From Escherichia phage vB_EcoM_JS09: 64,000 bases of DNA. The position numbers were made by a program, and so were the translations under genes. The first letter of the stretch is position 1. Every line of letters begins with the position of its first letter. Shown piece after piece: positions 41,102 through 53,449 of the stretch. Under the pieces are notes generated by a model that did not search any database, had not been told where the DNA came from, and saw only the letters and a program-made list of their open reading frames with translations. The stretch lies in sequence record NC_024124.2. One strand, written 5' to 3'.

Positions 41102-41866
41102 TTAATTCATAAACCCATCGTCAAATGGTGAATTTTGTCTACCACGGTTGTTAACTACTACATACGGCTCAACGTATTCACTTGCCTCTGAATTGATTTG
41201 CTCAACTTCAGAATATTCATCGATATTAATGTCATGGATACCGTCAAGATTTCTAACAGGGTTAAGTTCCAAGTCACTAAATTCAGGTATATTGATACCT
41301 TCATTTTTCTGAAGCACCGGATTGATTTCTTCGCCAGAGTAAATAAACTTGCCTGCAGTAATTTTACGAATCGCATTTTTACCTACTTGATAGAATGGGT
41401 CATATGGTTCAACCCAGTTAATCTCAAACAAACTATTGTCCATTGGGAAGTATATTAAATCACCTTCCTTGGGCTCCTGATTGTTGACCTGGTGTTTGAA
41501 AAGACCCGGGTTAATAGATAATGTAACTTCGTCTTGAACTTGCATTCCGAAGTTGCTGAAGAAGGATTTCGCTCCTTCATAACCTTCAAAAGAGTTCAGA
41601 TATGCAGCAAATTTCCATGCTTTAGTAAATTTATTTTTAAGGTCCTCACCAAAGATAAGGTCCACGGCAACATATTCACGTGGAACATAAAAACATTCAA
41701 TACCGCGCATCTGTATGCTTTCTGCCACTAGAACATCGGCTAATGTCTGACTATTCTCATAATTATTAAAATTGACAAATGGATTGAGGATTTCAGTTTC
41801 ATTTGTCTGAGAATACCCACCACGATTTTCTAGTTTGGCGAAAAGATTTTTATCATAAGTTGTCAT
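41102..41866 (-). CDS. 14: neck protein
   Basis: 254 aa, T4 gp14 position. Confidence 0.9.
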   Translation of the reverse strand: MTTYDKNLFAKLENRGGYSQTNETEILNPFVNFNNYENSQTLADVLVAESIQMRGIECFYVPREYVAVDLIFGEDLKNKFTKAWKFAAYLNSFEGYEGAKSFFSNFGMQVQDEVTLSINPGLFKHQVNNQEPKEGDLIYFPMDNSLFEINWVEPYDPFYQVGKNAIRKITAGKFIYSGEEINPVLQKNEGINIPEFSDLELNPVRNLDGIHDINIDEYSEVEQINSEASEYVEPYVVVNNRGRQNSPFDDGFMN

Positions 41867-41867
41867 A

Positions 41868-42794
41868 TTAACCTACCAAAATACCTGCAGGAGGGTCCAG
41901 TAAATATAACTCTTCTCGTAAAGCTTCTTTCTCTAAACGAGCTTCTTCAATTAATCGAACACCATCGACAGTGACGCCACCAGGTAACATCATACCTTGA
42001 TGTTTAGCAAGAATTTGTCCATTAAGCTCTTTAGCTAATGCAGTTGCATAATCTTTAACCCAGCGGTTGTTATATGCGCCTTGTTTAGTTGCAGGATCTT
42101 CACCAACTCGACGTCCGACCAAATTATGGTCTGGATTATCATAACGTTCAGAAATAGACCATGAATCACGAGGACCGACCTGTCCGTACCCTACTGTATT
42201 TCCTACCATCTTATGGGTCTCGATATAAGAGCGAACGTATGATTCAACGATAATGACATCTTTCTGTCTAAAGTTACCCATCACTTTTAATTGCTCGTTT
42301 GCAGAGTTAAACCAAAAATCTGGAAGAGGAGCAATCATATCTTGAAGCATACCCATATAAGATACTAATTGAGAATAATACCCGAGATCAGCGCCAAAAG
42401 CGTTCGGGCCGTAGAATTTACCACAATTACTACCCATACCACCTGAAACACCTGCCATTCCTAAAAGGAAATCAGTGAACCATGGATAAGTTGCATTACC
42501 ATCCATTGAAGTAATAGAGCCAACATTTGTTCTTATAATTCTTGTTACAGCAAATACGTTAGAACCGCGCATATCAAATACGCCGTGACGGTATTTTTCT
42601 TCGTCATCAACAAAAAATACATGGAAACCTTTATTCAACCCGTCAAAATGGTATTCGCCATAAAGTTCTAACGCTCGTGAAATACAATCATAAATTTGGT
42701 CTGTAGTTAATTCAACATTTACAATAGGAGCGCCTAAACGACGTAATATTACGTCCTTTAATTCTTTAGGGTTTTGTGCATTATAACCTGACAT
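41868..42794 (-). CDS. 13: neck protein
   Basis: 308 aa, T4 gp13 position. Confidence 0.9.
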   Translation of the reverse strand: MSGYNAQNPKELKDVILRRLGAPIVNVELTTDQIYDCISRALELYGEYHFDGLNKGFHVFFVDDEEKYRHGVFDMRGSNVFAVTRIIRTNVGSITSMDGNATYPWFTDFLLGMAGVSGGMGSNCGKFYGPNAFGADLGYYSQLVSYMGMLQDMIAPLPDFWFNSANEQLKVMGNFRQKDVIIVESYVRSYIETHKMVGNTVGYGQVGPRDSWSISERYDNPDHNLVGRRVGEDPATKQGAYNNRWVKDYATALAKELNGQILAKHQGMMLPGGVTVDGVRLIEEARLEKEALREELYLLDPPAGILVG

Positions 42795-42805
42795 ATAAAT
42801 CCTTT

Positions 42806-42821
42806 AGGGCCCGAAGGCCCT
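42806..42821 (-). other. C(UUCG)G stem-loop between wac and gene 13
   Basis: AGGGCC-CGAA-GGCCCT on + strand (UUCG loop in minus transcript). Confidence 0.5.
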
Positions 42822-42826
42822 TTTCA

Positions 42827-44275
42827 TTAAGCTGTAGGAAGTTCAACCCATGCACCATCTTTGCGAACATAGAATTTACCGTCTGAAGGAGCATCTTCAA
42901 TATATCCAGCTTCCTTAAGAGTTTGGATTTCAGCTTCTGCAGCGGCCAAATCAGTTTCAAGAGTAGCAATTCTAGAAGTTAAACCATTAATTGTCGTATC
43001 ATGACTTTTAACTGTAGGCAATATACCACGTTCTTCAACAGTCGAACCATTTGGGTTGGTGCCATTTATAAGAGTATTTAATGTGTTTACAGAACCCTTA
43101 ATTCCTGTGCTATTAGTCCCAACATCAGTTTGAATGTTCTGAATGTCATTACTCAGCCCACTGATAGTTCCTTCAAGCTCTCGAGTACGATAAAGCAAAG
43201 AGCCGTCTGGTTCCGGTTTCCCGCCTGAAGCGTCAACACCGACTACGTTATTTAACCATGACACATTAAAACGCAATCCTGACGAAGAATCAGAGCCGAC
43301 AACAGTGTTCAATGCTCCGATAGCATCAGTATTGAGTTTAATACGTCCTTGGATTGTAGTAGGCAAATCATCAGCGCCAATGGCAGTTTCTACTGTAGTC
43401 AAACGAGGTTTAATACCACCTGATTGATTGAGCTCAAGATTAATGTCATTTATTGCTGAACTATTTGCATTAGTTGTAGTAATAATAGAAGTCGTATTAG
43501 GATACCCAATAGACTGTTTAATGCCGTCCAAGTCAGCATTTTGACGCGACAAAGTTAAATCAATACCGGAAAGACGACTAAACACTGGAGTAGTGAAAGA
43601 AGTGCGAGGCCCCATTTCTTCGCGCAAGTGTTCAACTTCAACAGTTAAAGAGCCGACGTCAGAATCAGCAAATTTAGTTTCCAAATCAGTTAATCGAACA
43701 CCGTGGTCAACAATTACGGAGCTATTAGTCATAATACGGCGTTTCATACCAGTGCTATCATTTCCTGGAGTAGGAACCCCATTAATATCTTGACCGGTAT
43801 ATTGTCCTAATTCATTTTTAATCCAAAGCAGGTCGTTACGAACCGTTCTATAAACTGAATCTGTTTCCTGATTATAAACACCAATATCGTCAGTATTCGC
43901 ATCAATATGTTCATTCAAATCATTCAATTCACTGGCATGGGTTTGAACTGTGACTTTAATGACATCGATATCTTGGGTGTTCTGGCCTATCTGTGCAAGA
44001 GCATCAACATCCCCAGAAACATCTAAAATACCTTGAATAGCTTTGATATCTTCATTGGCCGTATTCAAAGAAGATGCTATAGTTTTAATATTAACATCTA
44101 ACGCTTCTACGTTACGTTGAACTTCAACAATAGGACGGTTCATTACACCTTCAGAACCGTATTTTGTGTCAGCACCTGTTATTTCTTCATCGTTTTTAAT
44201 CCATTCAATACGACTCTGACCCGCGTCTGGTGGGCCGTCAACATATGGTAAATCTACCAGAGTTATATCAGTCAT
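42827..44275 (-). CDS. wac: fibritin (whisker antigen control, trimeric coiled coil)
   Basis: 482 aa, heptad-rich; T4 wac position between 12 and 13. Confidence 0.9.
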   Translation of the reverse strand: MTDITLVDLPYVDGPPDAGQSRIEWIKNDEEITGADTKYGSEGVMNRPIVEVQRNVEALDVNIKTIASSLNTANEDIKAIQGILDVSGDVDALAQIGQNTQDIDVIKVTVQTHASELNDLNEHIDANTDDIGVYNQETDSVYRTVRNDLLWIKNELGQYTGQDINGVPTPGNDSTGMKRRIMTNSSVIVDHGVRLTDLETKFADSDVGSLTVEVEHLREEMGPRTSFTTPVFSRLSGIDLTLSRQNADLDGIKQSIGYPNTTSIITTTNANSSAINDINLELNQSGGIKPRLTTVETAIGADDLPTTIQGRIKLNTDAIGALNTVVGSDSSSGLRFNVSWLNNVVGVDASGGKPEPDGSLLYRTRELEGTISGLSNDIQNIQTDVGTNSTGIKGSVNTLNTLINGTNPNGSTVEERGILPTVKSHDTTINGLTSRIATLETDLAAAEAEIQTLKEAGYIEDAPSDGKFYVRKDGAWVELPTA

Positions 44276-45948
44276 TATTTTACCTTAATGATATAGTTTA
44301 AAGAAATATTCCATGGGCGAGTTTCATTTCCAATTAATTCTGGACGATTCAGGGTATATTTAGAGTTACGCTGAGACGCTGGATCAATTTCATATCCATC
44401 GTTAGTAAAATACGAACGGTTATCTTCTGGACGATTCAGGGTATATTTAGAGTTACGCTGAGACGCTGGATCAATTTCATATCCATCGTTAGTAAAATAC
44501 GAACGGTTATCCCACCAGTCAAGTCCTTTACGAGTACCAACAAAGTTTGAACGACGAGTATTACCGAATGCTCCTGCATCGCCATGTTCACCAAAACCGC
44601 CAGCATGCTTATGATATGACATCTGTTGTTTTTGCACCTCACCAACATATCCACCGGTACAACCTACCGCCAGACGAGGCTTACCGAATTGGTCATTACC
44701 ATTAACATTAGGGTTAGTTAAATGGTTACCACGACCGGAGCCGCGAACAAATAATCCACGCATATCGGGCAAGCCTGGGTTAGAAGAACTACCACCATAT
44801 CGTGTCCCAATTCTGGAAGCATATACCGGACATTCTGAAGCAGAAACGGTCCCACCGTGACAGAAACGCCAGTCCGAACTCGGCAAACTATCTGCAGCCC
44901 ACATTGTAATAGCGCCAACTGGAAGAATTCGGTCTAATTCATTTTGAGTCACAATACGATTGCCTTGAATATAACCACCGGTCATATTGACATTACCCGT
45001 TATATTAGCACCACCAGAACCAACCGTCAACGTATTATTAATGCGAAGAGTGCCATTAATAGTTTGACCGCCTCGTTGGTGGATAACATCAGCATTCCAA
45101 GCAAGGGCAGAAGAACCATCACCACCTGATTGGCTACCCGCTTGTGTAGTTAAACGAACAACTCCACGTAAAGAAGTTGTAGCCCCACGCCCGTTTAATG
45201 TTGCGCCGGTCACTACAACTGAAGAGTTGTTACTATTTACTTCAGTCTGTGTCCCTAGTTTAACGACACCTTTATTAGTTTCTGATGCTACTGAATTCAT
45301 AAAGGTATAAGGTGAAATTGCATAGCCTTCACGCAGGGTGCCTTGTTGTGCTTGTGCAACTGTAGCTAAACGAACAACACCTGTAATAGATTCGGTGGCG
45401 TCACTATTATTTGGAGCAATTTGCGAAATAAGTTTAATTGCTAATTGTTGCGTTTTTAACGGAGTCATTGCCGTTGTATCGTCAGAACCAGCTAATGCCG
45501 CAGCAGAAGTTGAAATTTTAATTACACCATTTGTTGCTTCTGTTGATACTTTTGTCTGGAATACATTGTCTATTTTTTGATTCAATTTAAGCGGAGTAAT
45601 TGATGCATCGTCAATAGCTCCGGCTACTGCTTCATCTTCAGTAGCATAACGAGTTAAACCATATTGAGTTTCGGTTGCATTAGGATATTGTAGACGAGCA
45701 TTCAGTGATGCCGGAGTAACAGCTTTACTATTATCTAATCCATCAATAACTTCTTGTGGAGTGGCTATTTGAATAATTCCAGGTGTAGTAGTTGTTGCTT
45801 CCGGTACGCCATTAACACCTGAAGGAGAAATAGCAGCTAATGCGGCTTGGACATTAGTGACTGTATCTGGAAAATTCGACCCAGTAGGGTCGAATTCAAC
45901 GTAAATAGATTCATTTGAAACGTGTTGGTATGTATTGTTATTACTCAT
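44275..45948 (-). CDS. 12: short tail fiber protein, with internal 29-aa tandem duplication near C-terminus
   Basis: 557 aa versus about 527 in T4; C-terminus matches T4 gp12 but segment [29 protein letters not shown] occurs twice. Confidence 0.9.
   Translation of the reverse strand: MSNNNTYQHVSNESIYVEFDPTGSNFPDTVTNVQAALAAISPSGVNGVPEATTTTPGIIQIATPQEVIDGLDNSKAVTPASLNARLQYPNATETQYGLTRYATEDEAVAGAIDDASITPLKLNQKIDNVFQTKVSTEATNGVIKISTSAAALAGSDDTTAMTPLKTQQLAIKLISQIAPNNSDATESITGVVRLATVAQAQQGTLREGYAISPYTFMNSVASETNKGVVKLGTQTEVNSNNSSVVVTGATLNGRGATTSLRGVVRLTTQAGSQSGGDGSSALAWNADVIHQRGGQTINGTLRINNTLTVGSGGANITGNVNMTGGYIQGNRIVTQNELDRILPVGAITMWAADSLPSSDWRFCHGGTVSASECPVYASRIGTRYGGSSSNPGLPDMRGLFVRGSGRGNHLTNPNVNGNDQFGKPRLAVGCTGGYVGEVQKQQMSYHKHAGGFGEHGDAGAFGNTRRSNFVGTRKGLDWWDNRSYFTNDGYEIDPASQRNSKYTLNRPEDNRSYFTNDGYEIDPASQRNSKYTLNRPELIGNETRPWNISLNYIIKVK
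44338..44511 (-). repeat. perfect 87-bp tandem direct repeat (2.0 copies), in frame within gene 12
   Basis: 44338-44424 and 44425-44511 identical base for base; flanking bases differ so exactly two copies. Confidence 0.95.
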
Positions 45949-46622
45949 GAGGCTCTCACAAAGTGGTAGAAAACGGTAGGAGTATCATGGTTATCAAGAG
46001 TAACCGTTTGGGCACCTAATAAATTCCATGTTCCGTATCCGGATTTTGCTTCAGACAAAATTTCTTGCGAAATTGTTACACCAAACGAAGCATATGTTGG
46101 CAACACATGACGTTGGTTATCTAAATATGTCACCTGAAGTTTATTACCTTCAGACGGATGGTCTTTATAAGAAGAAATAGCGATTTGATTAGCAATGGCT
46201 TCTTGTAAAGCTATACGAACTTGTGCCGTTAATTCGTTATCAGTCATACCGATTGTTGCTTTAACAGCAAGTCCAAATACGTTAATAACGACTGGCGTTC
46301 CAGTGGTCAAAGTATCGTCGAGAACATCACCAGAAAAAGTCCAATAATCAACTTGTGCTGTACCTTCAGGCGATACGCCTGAAGTGTTTGTGACAACAGT
46401 ACCAATATCAGCTCGTGCCATATTATGGACATCATTTATTGCAGATTCTACGTTAGCATCATAAAAACCGCGAGCTAACTGAGAAATAGTCACGGAACCT
46501 ACAGCTTGGTTGTTTAAAACATCAATTTGAGCTGGATTTTTTCTGTAATTCAAAAAATCAGCATGACGGGAAATAACTCCCGCCTTTGTATTAAGTACAG
46601 TCATTATGCAATCCTTACCCAA
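45945..46622 (-). CDS. 11: baseplate wedge subunit and short-fiber attachment
   Basis: 225 aa, T4 gp11 position. Confidence 0.9.
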   Translation of the reverse strand: MGKDCIMTVLNTKAGVISRHADFLNYRKNPAQIDVLNNQAVGSVTISQLARGFYDANVESAINDVHNMARADIGTVVTNTSGVSPEGTAQVDYWTFSGDVLDDTLTTGTPVVINVFGLAVKATIGMTDNELTAQVRIALQEAIANQIAISSYKDHPSEGNKLQVTYLDNQRHVLPTYASFGVTISQEILSEAKSGYGTWNLLGAQTVTLDNHDTPTVFYHFVRAS

Positions 46623-48409
46623 CGGTATACAGTTATAGATGGCTGAATATTAGTTATAGAACGCGCTGGAACATGAGATCCATTAGTCTTTGCATGGTCT
46701 TCACGATATTTAGTGTAAATAGGACCTTCTTCATCCGGGTCATATTGGCAACCGCCTATAATTACTGTACCATTATCATCAGAAATAAGAACCTTTTCAT
46801 CGGTTTGTGTAGCTGGTAAATCAGCATTTTCTAATGTGATGGTTGTTACACCAACGGTACCACCTGCGGTATGAGTAGGGTTACCATTGACGTCAAGGTC
46901 ATTATTATTTAATGCAAAATTAGGATCGGATGCGTCGTCATTCCAACCTGCTAATACTTTGCCTTGTCCCCAAATTTTCCACAAACCAAAACCTAAATAA
47001 GTTGCCGGATTATTAGGGTTAACCGCATTTTCGTAAATAGTCCCGACAGGATAAATTGTATCAAATATTGCTGAGATAGTCGAGAATTCACGTTCATACT
47101 TAGGAACAGGTTCTACATTAGGCCATCCAATTTTATCGAAATCGGTTAATGCAACGTCACCAGTAATTTCAATGTTAGACCCTTGAGAAACATATTTCTC
47201 ATCAGCGACATCAAGGATTTCTTCCATTTCGAGAAGAGTTCCTAAATCGTTATTAAACCATGTGATGGTAATAATGTCTTGGTCTTCAAATTGACGGTCA
47301 AATAGAATTGCGCTAGGGATATTATCAGTATATTCAATCGCATAATCTGTATACGATTGAGTCCATGTCCCACCGAGATTAGTGCATGACTCTTCAGAAT
47401 CAGCATCCACACCTTCACAACGGAAAATAGGAGTTCCAACAGTACCAGCTAATTCTTGGAGAATACCATTGAAGCGAACTTCTAATGAATTCGGGTTAGG
47501 TGGTTCTGTAGGATTAATACCAAATGCTGTAAATGGAATAGACCTGAACGTACTCAAATCAGTGACGTAAATACTTCCGTCAATAGACTTTTTAGCAGTC
47601 AATTTACTATCTAAAATGCGAACTTGGCGACGAGTATATGAACTACGCCACTGAGAAACACCATCTAGGAATGTCTCAATTTGTACAGTGTCCCCAACAT
47701 TACACGGTTGGCGTAATCTAATATTAAATCCATCGAGTGCAACCAGTTCACCAGGATTAGCGCCTGGAGAACCAAAATCACTATTATCACTGAATACATC
47801 ACCATAGTACAATTCGTTGCCACGATGTTTTACGCGAATGTTGTTAACATTATAAGAGGTCCCGTTAAAAACATCCATGAAATCGGTCTGACCTTGGGTT
47901 TCAACCAGATATTCTCTACGAGCAACATTACTAATGTCAGAGCTAACTATTTTATCAATTTGTTTGTTCTTGATGTATTCCCAACGTCCAGGAGCACAAT
48001 AAACTAATTCTAAATCAGAGAACTGGACGTTAATTTCTACCGGAGATGAAGAACCTTTAATCGTGTCTCCATTTGCCGGAATTAAAGTAACAGGGTTAAT
48101 GTTCCAAGTTGCAAATACGTCACGAGCACGAATAACTTTATTATAGTCTGCAATTGTCCCTTTAGGAAGATTTACCGAAACTCGCCCAGAAGTAGTATTA
48201 ATTGCATAAGATTTACCCCAAGCGGCCTTAAGATTAAGACCATCAGCCGCATCATAAGTCTTCCATGCGCCAGCGGCATAAGGAACTTCACCATCACCTA
48301 ATTCATAATAGATTTCGTCAAAGTTCTCATTTATTTTTTCACCACCTCGACGAAGGTAATCGCCTTGTCCGTCATCAACGACGTTACCAATTTTAATATT
48401 TTGTTTCAT
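46604..48409 (-). CDS. 10: baseplate wedge subunit and tail pin
   Basis: 601 aa, T4 gp10 length and position. Confidence 0.9.
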   Translation of the reverse strand: MKQNIKIGNVVDDGQGDYLRRGGEKINENFDEIYYELGDGEVPYAAGAWKTYDAADGLNLKAAWGKSYAINTTSGRVSVNLPKGTIADYNKVIRARDVFATWNINPVTLIPANGDTIKGSSSPVEINVQFSDLELVYCAPGRWEYIKNKQIDKIVSSDISNVARREYLVETQGQTDFMDVFNGTSYNVNNIRVKHRGNELYYGDVFSDNSDFGSPGANPGELVALDGFNIRLRQPCNVGDTVQIETFLDGVSQWRSSYTRRQVRILDSKLTAKKSIDGSIYVTDLSTFRSIPFTAFGINPTEPPNPNSLEVRFNGILQELAGTVGTPIFRCEGVDADSEESCTNLGGTWTQSYTDYAIEYTDNIPSAILFDRQFEDQDIITITWFNNDLGTLLEMEEILDVADEKYVSQGSNIEITGDVALTDFDKIGWPNVEPVPKYEREFSTISAIFDTIYPVGTIYENAVNPNNPATYLGFGLWKIWGQGKVLAGWNDDASDPNFALNNNDLDVNGNPTHTAGGTVGVTTITLENADLPATQTDEKVLISDDNGTVIIGGCQYDPDEEGPIYTKYREDHAKTNGSHVPARSITNIQPSITVYRWVRIA

Positions 48410-49281
48410 TATTGAGCGACCCCAATTTTCTGTGTTGAGATAATTTTAACTGCTGAACGTAATCCAATAATATCGGATGTAATCGTCATAGTAGCAAAGT
48501 TGTTAATAATACTAAAGCTAATATTAGCAATCTCGTCGGTTTCATCTACATTACCAACTCGCATTACTGCAAATTCGGTAGAAAGAACTTCTGAGTTAAT
48601 TGTATCTATTAGAATATTTATTTCGCATGTTTTTATTTTTCTACCGTCGGCGGATTGGCATGTAACAAGCAATTTAGCCATGTTATAATCCGTGCGATAA
48701 AACAGAGGAATAGAAACTGTGTTTCCTGTAAGACTCCAAGTCCCATCGACAGGAGATTCTTTCTGCCCAAACATGCTATCAGTAGAATAATTCCATACTG
48801 AAGTTGGCCCATTAAGTTCAATACAACGAAGAACAACATGGGTATAAGGGGTGGAAATAACAAGATTATTAAGAACGCCTTTAATTGAACCATCGGTTAC
48901 TTGGATACTTAAAGGATTGTTAACAGAAATAGACCCATTAGAGTTTATGAATTCTACAGAGTCACCTAATTCAGGACGGTCAATAATAACAATCACACCA
49001 CCATCAGAAGCATCAATATCATGCATGGTGCCTGGTTTAATAGGAGTTTGATAATCGACAGCCTTTCCTTTTTGATAATAGCCTGTGGCATGAATAGTTT
49101 GACCTGTAGGTCCGGTTCCATCTGCTACAGCCATTTTACGTTGATCGCCAAATGCATTGTAAATAGCGTTGATATCGTCATTTATTTTATTACCACCGTC
49201 GAATAAGATATCACCTGTTGAGGCATTACCAATTTCGCCGGTATCGATTAATTGTTTAGGAGTTTGCTTAAAAAATGCCAT
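48409..49281 (-). CDS. 9: baseplate wedge, long tail fiber socket
   Basis: 290 aa, T4 gp9 length and position. Confidence 0.9.
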   Translation of the reverse strand: MAFFKQTPKQLIDTGEIGNASTGDILFDGGNKINDDINAIYNAFGDQRKMAVADGTGPTGQTIHATGYYQKGKAVDYQTPIKPGTMHDIDASDGGVIVIIDRPELGDSVEFINSNGSISVNNPLSIQVTDGSIKGVLNNLVISTPYTHVVLRCIELNGPTSVWNYSTDSMFGQKESPVDGTWSLTGNTVSIPLFYRTDYNMAKLLVTCQSADGRKIKTCEINILIDTINSEVLSTEFAVMRVGNVDETDEIANISFSIINNFATMTITSDIIGLRSAVKIISTQKIGVAQ

Positions 49282-49313
49282 AATTCTGCCTTTTGTTGTC
49301 CGATATTATATTC

Positions 49314-49321
49314 TATTTATA
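49314..49321 (-). promoter_or_regulatory. late promoter TATAAATA (minus strand) for gene 9
   Basis: TATTTATA on + strand 33 nt upstream of gene 9 start. Confidence 0.55.
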
Positions 49322-49350
49322 GATACAAAAATGGGAGCCCGAAGGCTCCC
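49322..49350 (-). terminator. rho-independent terminator after gene 8, C(UUCG)G hairpin
   Basis: Minus transcript: GGGAGCC-UUCG-GGCUCCC then AUUUUUGUAU. Confidence 0.75.
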
Positions 49351-49353
49351 TAA

Positions 49354-50358
49354 TTAAAACATAAACAAAATGTTAATTTCTTCTGTTTGGTCCATTGCCA
49401 TAATAACAGGTGGTCGGTTTTCCATATAAATCATTTCACCTGAATGACGCTGCAGGTCTCTAGGGTCGTAATAATCCTTTTCTGCTTTAACATTAGGGTC
49501 ATTTGGATTTTTCTTAGCTTCTAAAGGGTTTGCGATAATTGATATCTGTCTAAAACCCTTGTTACCAGGCAAAGCTGCCTCAGGGAAATAAACAGAATCA
49601 AAATATGCTTTAAACCGCATCGTATTGGCTTTAACACGGTAAATCAAGCCGTAGTCATCTTGTTGCCAAGTTAAGTTATTTTCATATCCCCAACGGGTGG
49701 GGTCTTCTTTAATTTCTTCCGGCCATGGAACTACAAGATATTCATTAGTGCAACGGTTAATTGACACATCTGCAGGAATCTCATAAAGATATTCCCAAAT
49801 ATATCCATCACCGGTTTCTATAACCCCATTAGCATCGCCTCTGCCTTCAGGAGGAGACATAGAACGAACAGACGGGGTCCATTTACCACCTAATTTAAGA
49901 CATTCATCTTTATTATCTAAAGATTCTATTGAACAGAGCCCTACGTCAGGGACATCTAAACAACGGTAAATTAACCAACCAGCTCCAACTTCTGTCGCGT
50001 TGTACGGAGCAGTATTACATGCGACTATATCGTTAATTCTAAACGTGTAAGGGTCTGGATATCGCACATCTCCCCAATCACGTCTAGGAATAACAGAATC
50101 TAACATTGAAGGTAAAACTTTAACGGTGCCCATCATATGGGTCCACATATCAGTAACACCAAGAACAGAATCTGTAGGATAAGGTGGGGCGAAGCCCACC
50201 TCATTTTCATTTGACGCCCAAGGCTCTGAACGTCCAAACGTAATATAAATGGAGTTCTTATCATCTCCATCCCCAACTGAATTATAAAAATTCAGCATTT
50301 TCTCTGTTCTAAATTTTGATGTAACTATTGCACGATAGATAACACTTGAATCATTCAT
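49354..50358 (-). CDS. 8: baseplate wedge subunit
   Basis: 334 aa, T4 gp8 length and position. Confidence 0.9.
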   Translation of the reverse strand: MNDSSVIYRAIVTSKFRTEKMLNFYNSVGDGDDKNSIYITFGRSEPWASNENEVGFAPPYPTDSVLGVTDMWTHMMGTVKVLPSMLDSVIPRRDWGDVRYPDPYTFRINDIVACNTAPYNATEVGAGWLIYRCLDVPDVGLCSIESLDNKDECLKLGGKWTPSVRSMSPPEGRGDANGVIETGDGYIWEYLYEIPADVSINRCTNEYLVVPWPEEIKEDPTRWGYENNLTWQQDDYGLIYRVKANTMRFKAYFDSVYFPEAALPGNKGFRQISIIANPLEAKKNPNDPNVKAEKDYYDPRDLQRHSGEMIYMENRPPVIMAMDQTEEINILFMF

Positions 50359-53300
50359 CTAATTTAACCTGTGGTGGATTCACGGGGTCTCTTGGATTTC
50401 CTACATTATCGATTAACCGTTGTTCAACCAAATCTCTAAATCTAGAGAATGTTGTTCCGGACGCATCAAATAATGGGCTCATCAGTTTACGACGTTCCGA
50501 TGGAAGTTGACCTTGAAATACAGAGTTATTGTTTTCAGCGTTATAATCTTCAGGCAATGGATAATCTTGACCAGCCATAGGGCCTATTTCATATATCGCT
50601 TTACCTGTAATAGGGTCAAACTCAACATTTCCTTGTGGGTCTAATTTAGCCACTCGGTCTGCATATTTAGTCGGTAATCCAGAATCCCACTTATAGTTTT
50701 TGTATTTATTAATAATGGTTTCAACATGTTTAAGTGTTAATCCGGTGTTAATAAACATTGTGAGAAGGGTAATTGCGATAAATCCAAATCCAACCGGATG
50801 AACAAAACGTAATACGTCTGATTTCCAACGAGATGATGGAAGTTTAGATTTAATCTTCATTACGTAGTATGCTCTACCACGATTTATGTAATCGATGTTG
50901 TTCTGAGAAAGCTCTTTACCTTTAATACCACGAACAATTTCACCTTCAAAACCAGGGAGTCTTTCAGCTTTAACTTCCTGTCCTTGAATTAAACGACCTA
51001 AGAGGTTGTGAATTGTTACGGTCCATTGTAATTTACCTTTAGAGTAACTTCTCTCGATATACGTCACATTACAACGTCCTGTAGCGGTGTATATAGTTTG
51101 TCCGACCAAATCTTCTGTCAACGAATCAGATTCAATGATGATATCGTATTCGGTCCCGGAACTAGATTCAATTTCAATTTCAACATCTTCGTTATAAAGC
51201 ACTTTAAACAAGAATTTATATGATGCTTCAGTTCCTTTAGTTGAATAGAAGTCATAACTTCTTGATTCAAAGAAACGAGACACTAAATCGCGTTTTTCAG
51301 CGTTTAAGTAAATGTTTCGTTTATAAATCTCAGACCATAAATATTCCCACGCATGTTCTTCGCGTGGATATTGATTTTTAATAAGATTTAAAAGGTTGTT
51401 ATAATGTGTCCCATAACCGTCAGAAAGATATTGAATATAAGCCTCGCAGAATGCTTCGAAGTTTGTATTATCTAAAAGATAAGACTCTGGCATCATTGTA
51501 GTGAGTAATGGACGTAAATCTGGGTCCGCGATACCATTCTCTTCCACAGGAGTCCATGTGGTATCTTTTTCTTGGTTTTGTAACGATGCTGTTAAGAATA
51601 TATTAGTAGGCTTCCAAATTATAGAAACATTATCTCTAACACGGTAACTAAAATCATAATAAGAAATAATCTCACCTGATGCTTTATAGAAAATCATGCC
51701 AGATGCATATTTTTTAAATCCGGTGAAATCTACGTTAGGCATCACTATTGTACAGTCACCGTCATTCCAATATTCATGAACTTCACGGTCTGAAGAACTA
51801 AGTGGATGATTCTCAATAACCTTAGTGTAAAGTAAATCAGAATAAATTACAACGGCCTTGTCTGAGTTATTAATCCAACACCGAGTACCAGACTTTCTAG
51901 AATAACTAAAGAACGGCTCAGCATAGTATTCCATCGGTTGAGGAGTGAACGATTCCCATTGAGAGTCTTCAGTTGAAATAAATGCCATCATATGATAATG
52001 TTTATCAGCCAACCATTCGCGAGGATACTCATATTTAACAGCACCGATTAAACCGTACTTGACTTGTGTTTTTGGGTCATCAACAATATCTGATTCTAAA
52101 AATTTAAAATTACTAGATGAAATAGATAACTCAACACCATCAGTAGACATACTGGTGTACCCAGGTTCAATACGACGGCGTTCTTCTTCAGTATTACCAA
52201 ACACACGTTTAAATGTGCCAGCGTCATGGTCTAGAACGTAAACACCCTTATCAACAGAATCAACAATAGGAGTGGTCCTCGGGTCGTCGTTAAGATTAAC
52301 AACTTCGCCGATAATCAGTGCAAATATTTTACCACCGACAGAATCCATTTTATAGCAAACTGCCTTAGGGTTACCTGTGATGTTAAATGTTTCTTGTTCA
52401 AACAAACGTTCGGAATATGTCGGAGATAACGGGTCTGAATCAATAGGGGCATTACTAGTTTTAATAAAACGAACTTTATCTCGAGCAGCAACGTATACAT
52501 AATCGTCATTGCAAACGATAGCTTCTGCAATACGTGATACGTTAGCAGGTAATGATGCATAGTTACCAAATATTTCTACATCAAATCCTAAATTTAACTG
52601 GTCACCAATTTTAGCAAATGTTATATCTTGAGAACTAAATCTCACATCATCAGCGGACCAACGAACGTCTGTTGATTTACGGCCGTAAAATAATTTATCA
52701 TACCCAAGAACATATGTGGTGTGATCTGTCTGGTAATACACTGTTCTTGATACAGGGTACCCTACACGGTCATTAAACAATTTAACCGATTTCCAGGTTT
52801 GTCCCTTATCATTAGAGACTTTAACCACAGGCTGATATCGTTCAAACAAATAAAGAATTCCTTCGGATTCCATCAAATAAACACGGTTTATATCATGACA
52901 CACCTGTTGAATCGAACCTTGAATTTCATGATACTCATTTTCGCCAATAATGAAATTTTTAATAGATGAAATATCAGCATAAGCAGGGCTAAATTGGAAC
53001 GATTCATTCATTAGAGCTGCCATTATAGTGTCGTTATTAAAATCGACATAAGCCATGTTATTATTTGTAAATTTTTCTCTAATAAAAGTGTTAGCCAATT
53101 GCATTTCAATCATATGTTGAAATGTATACGCGTTAGTCTGAAATGATTCAAATATTTCGGTATATACCCAATCAGATCTCTCGAATCCTTCAGCGGCAGT
53201 TGATACACGAATAATATAAGAAGTTAATGGGTCTAAGCTACTTTCGAACCAGTCGCTATTAGGAGTATATCCTAAATTTACCCATCTGTAGCTGGCAGGG

Positions 53301-53449
53301 GGAATTATTTCCCCGTCTGCCGTTTTAGTCTCAGCGATTTCTACGAAATAGTAGAAATTAGCACCAACGTCATCCCAGCGTATTTGAACTTGGTTAGCGG
53401 ACAACTTGGATATTCTGAGACTTGTGACTGCTGGCGCTTTTACTGTCAT
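50351..53449 (-). CDS. 7: baseplate wedge initiator
   Basis: 1032 aa, same length as T4 gp7. Confidence 0.95.
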   Translation of the reverse strand: MTVKAPAVTSLRISKLSANQVQIRWDDVGANFYYFVEIAETKTADGEIIPPASYRWVNLGYTPNSDWFESSLDPLTSYIIRVSTAAEGFERSDWVYTEIFESFQTNAYTFQHMIEMQLANTFIREKFTNNNMAYVDFNNDTIMAALMNESFQFSPAYADISSIKNFIIGENEYHEIQGSIQQVCHDINRVYLMESEGILYLFERYQPVVKVSNDKGQTWKSVKLFNDRVGYPVSRTVYYQTDHTTYVLGYDKLFYGRKSTDVRWSADDVRFSSQDITFAKIGDQLNLGFDVEIFGNYASLPANVSRIAEAIVCNDDYVYVAARDKVRFIKTSNAPIDSDPLSPTYSERLFEQETFNITGNPKAVCYKMDSVGGKIFALIIGEVVNLNDDPRTTPIVDSVDKGVYVLDHDAGTFKRVFGNTEEERRRIEPGYTSMSTDGVELSISSSNFKFLESDIVDDPKTQVKYGLIGAVKYEYPREWLADKHYHMMAFISTEDSQWESFTPQPMEYYAEPFFSYSRKSGTRCWINNSDKAVVIYSDLLYTKVIENHPLSSSDREVHEYWNDGDCTIVMPNVDFTGFKKYASGMIFYKASGEIISYYDFSYRVRDNVSIIWKPTNIFLTASLQNQEKDTTWTPVEENGIADPDLRPLLTTMMPESYLLDNTNFEAFCEAYIQYLSDGYGTHYNNLLNLIKNQYPREEHAWEYLWSEIYKRNIYLNAEKRDLVSRFFESRSYDFYSTKGTEASYKFLFKVLYNEDVEIEIESSSGTEYDIIIESDSLTEDLVGQTIYTATGRCNVTYIERSYSKGKLQWTVTIHNLLGRLIQGQEVKAERLPGFEGEIVRGIKGKELSQNNIDYINRGRAYYVMKIKSKLPSSRWKSDVLRFVHPVGFGFIAITLLTMFINTGLTLKHVETIINKYKNYKWDSGLPTKYADRVAKLDPQGNVEFDPITGKAIYEIGPMAGQDYPLPEDYNAENNNSVFQGQLPSERRKLMSPLFDASGTTFSRFRDLVEQRLIDNVGNPRDPVNPPQVKLDE

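Noticed and set aside
44338-44511. CRISPR-like or satellite repeat array
   Set aside because: Only two copies, no spacers, and the repeat is in frame inside a structural gene; it is a coding tandem duplication.
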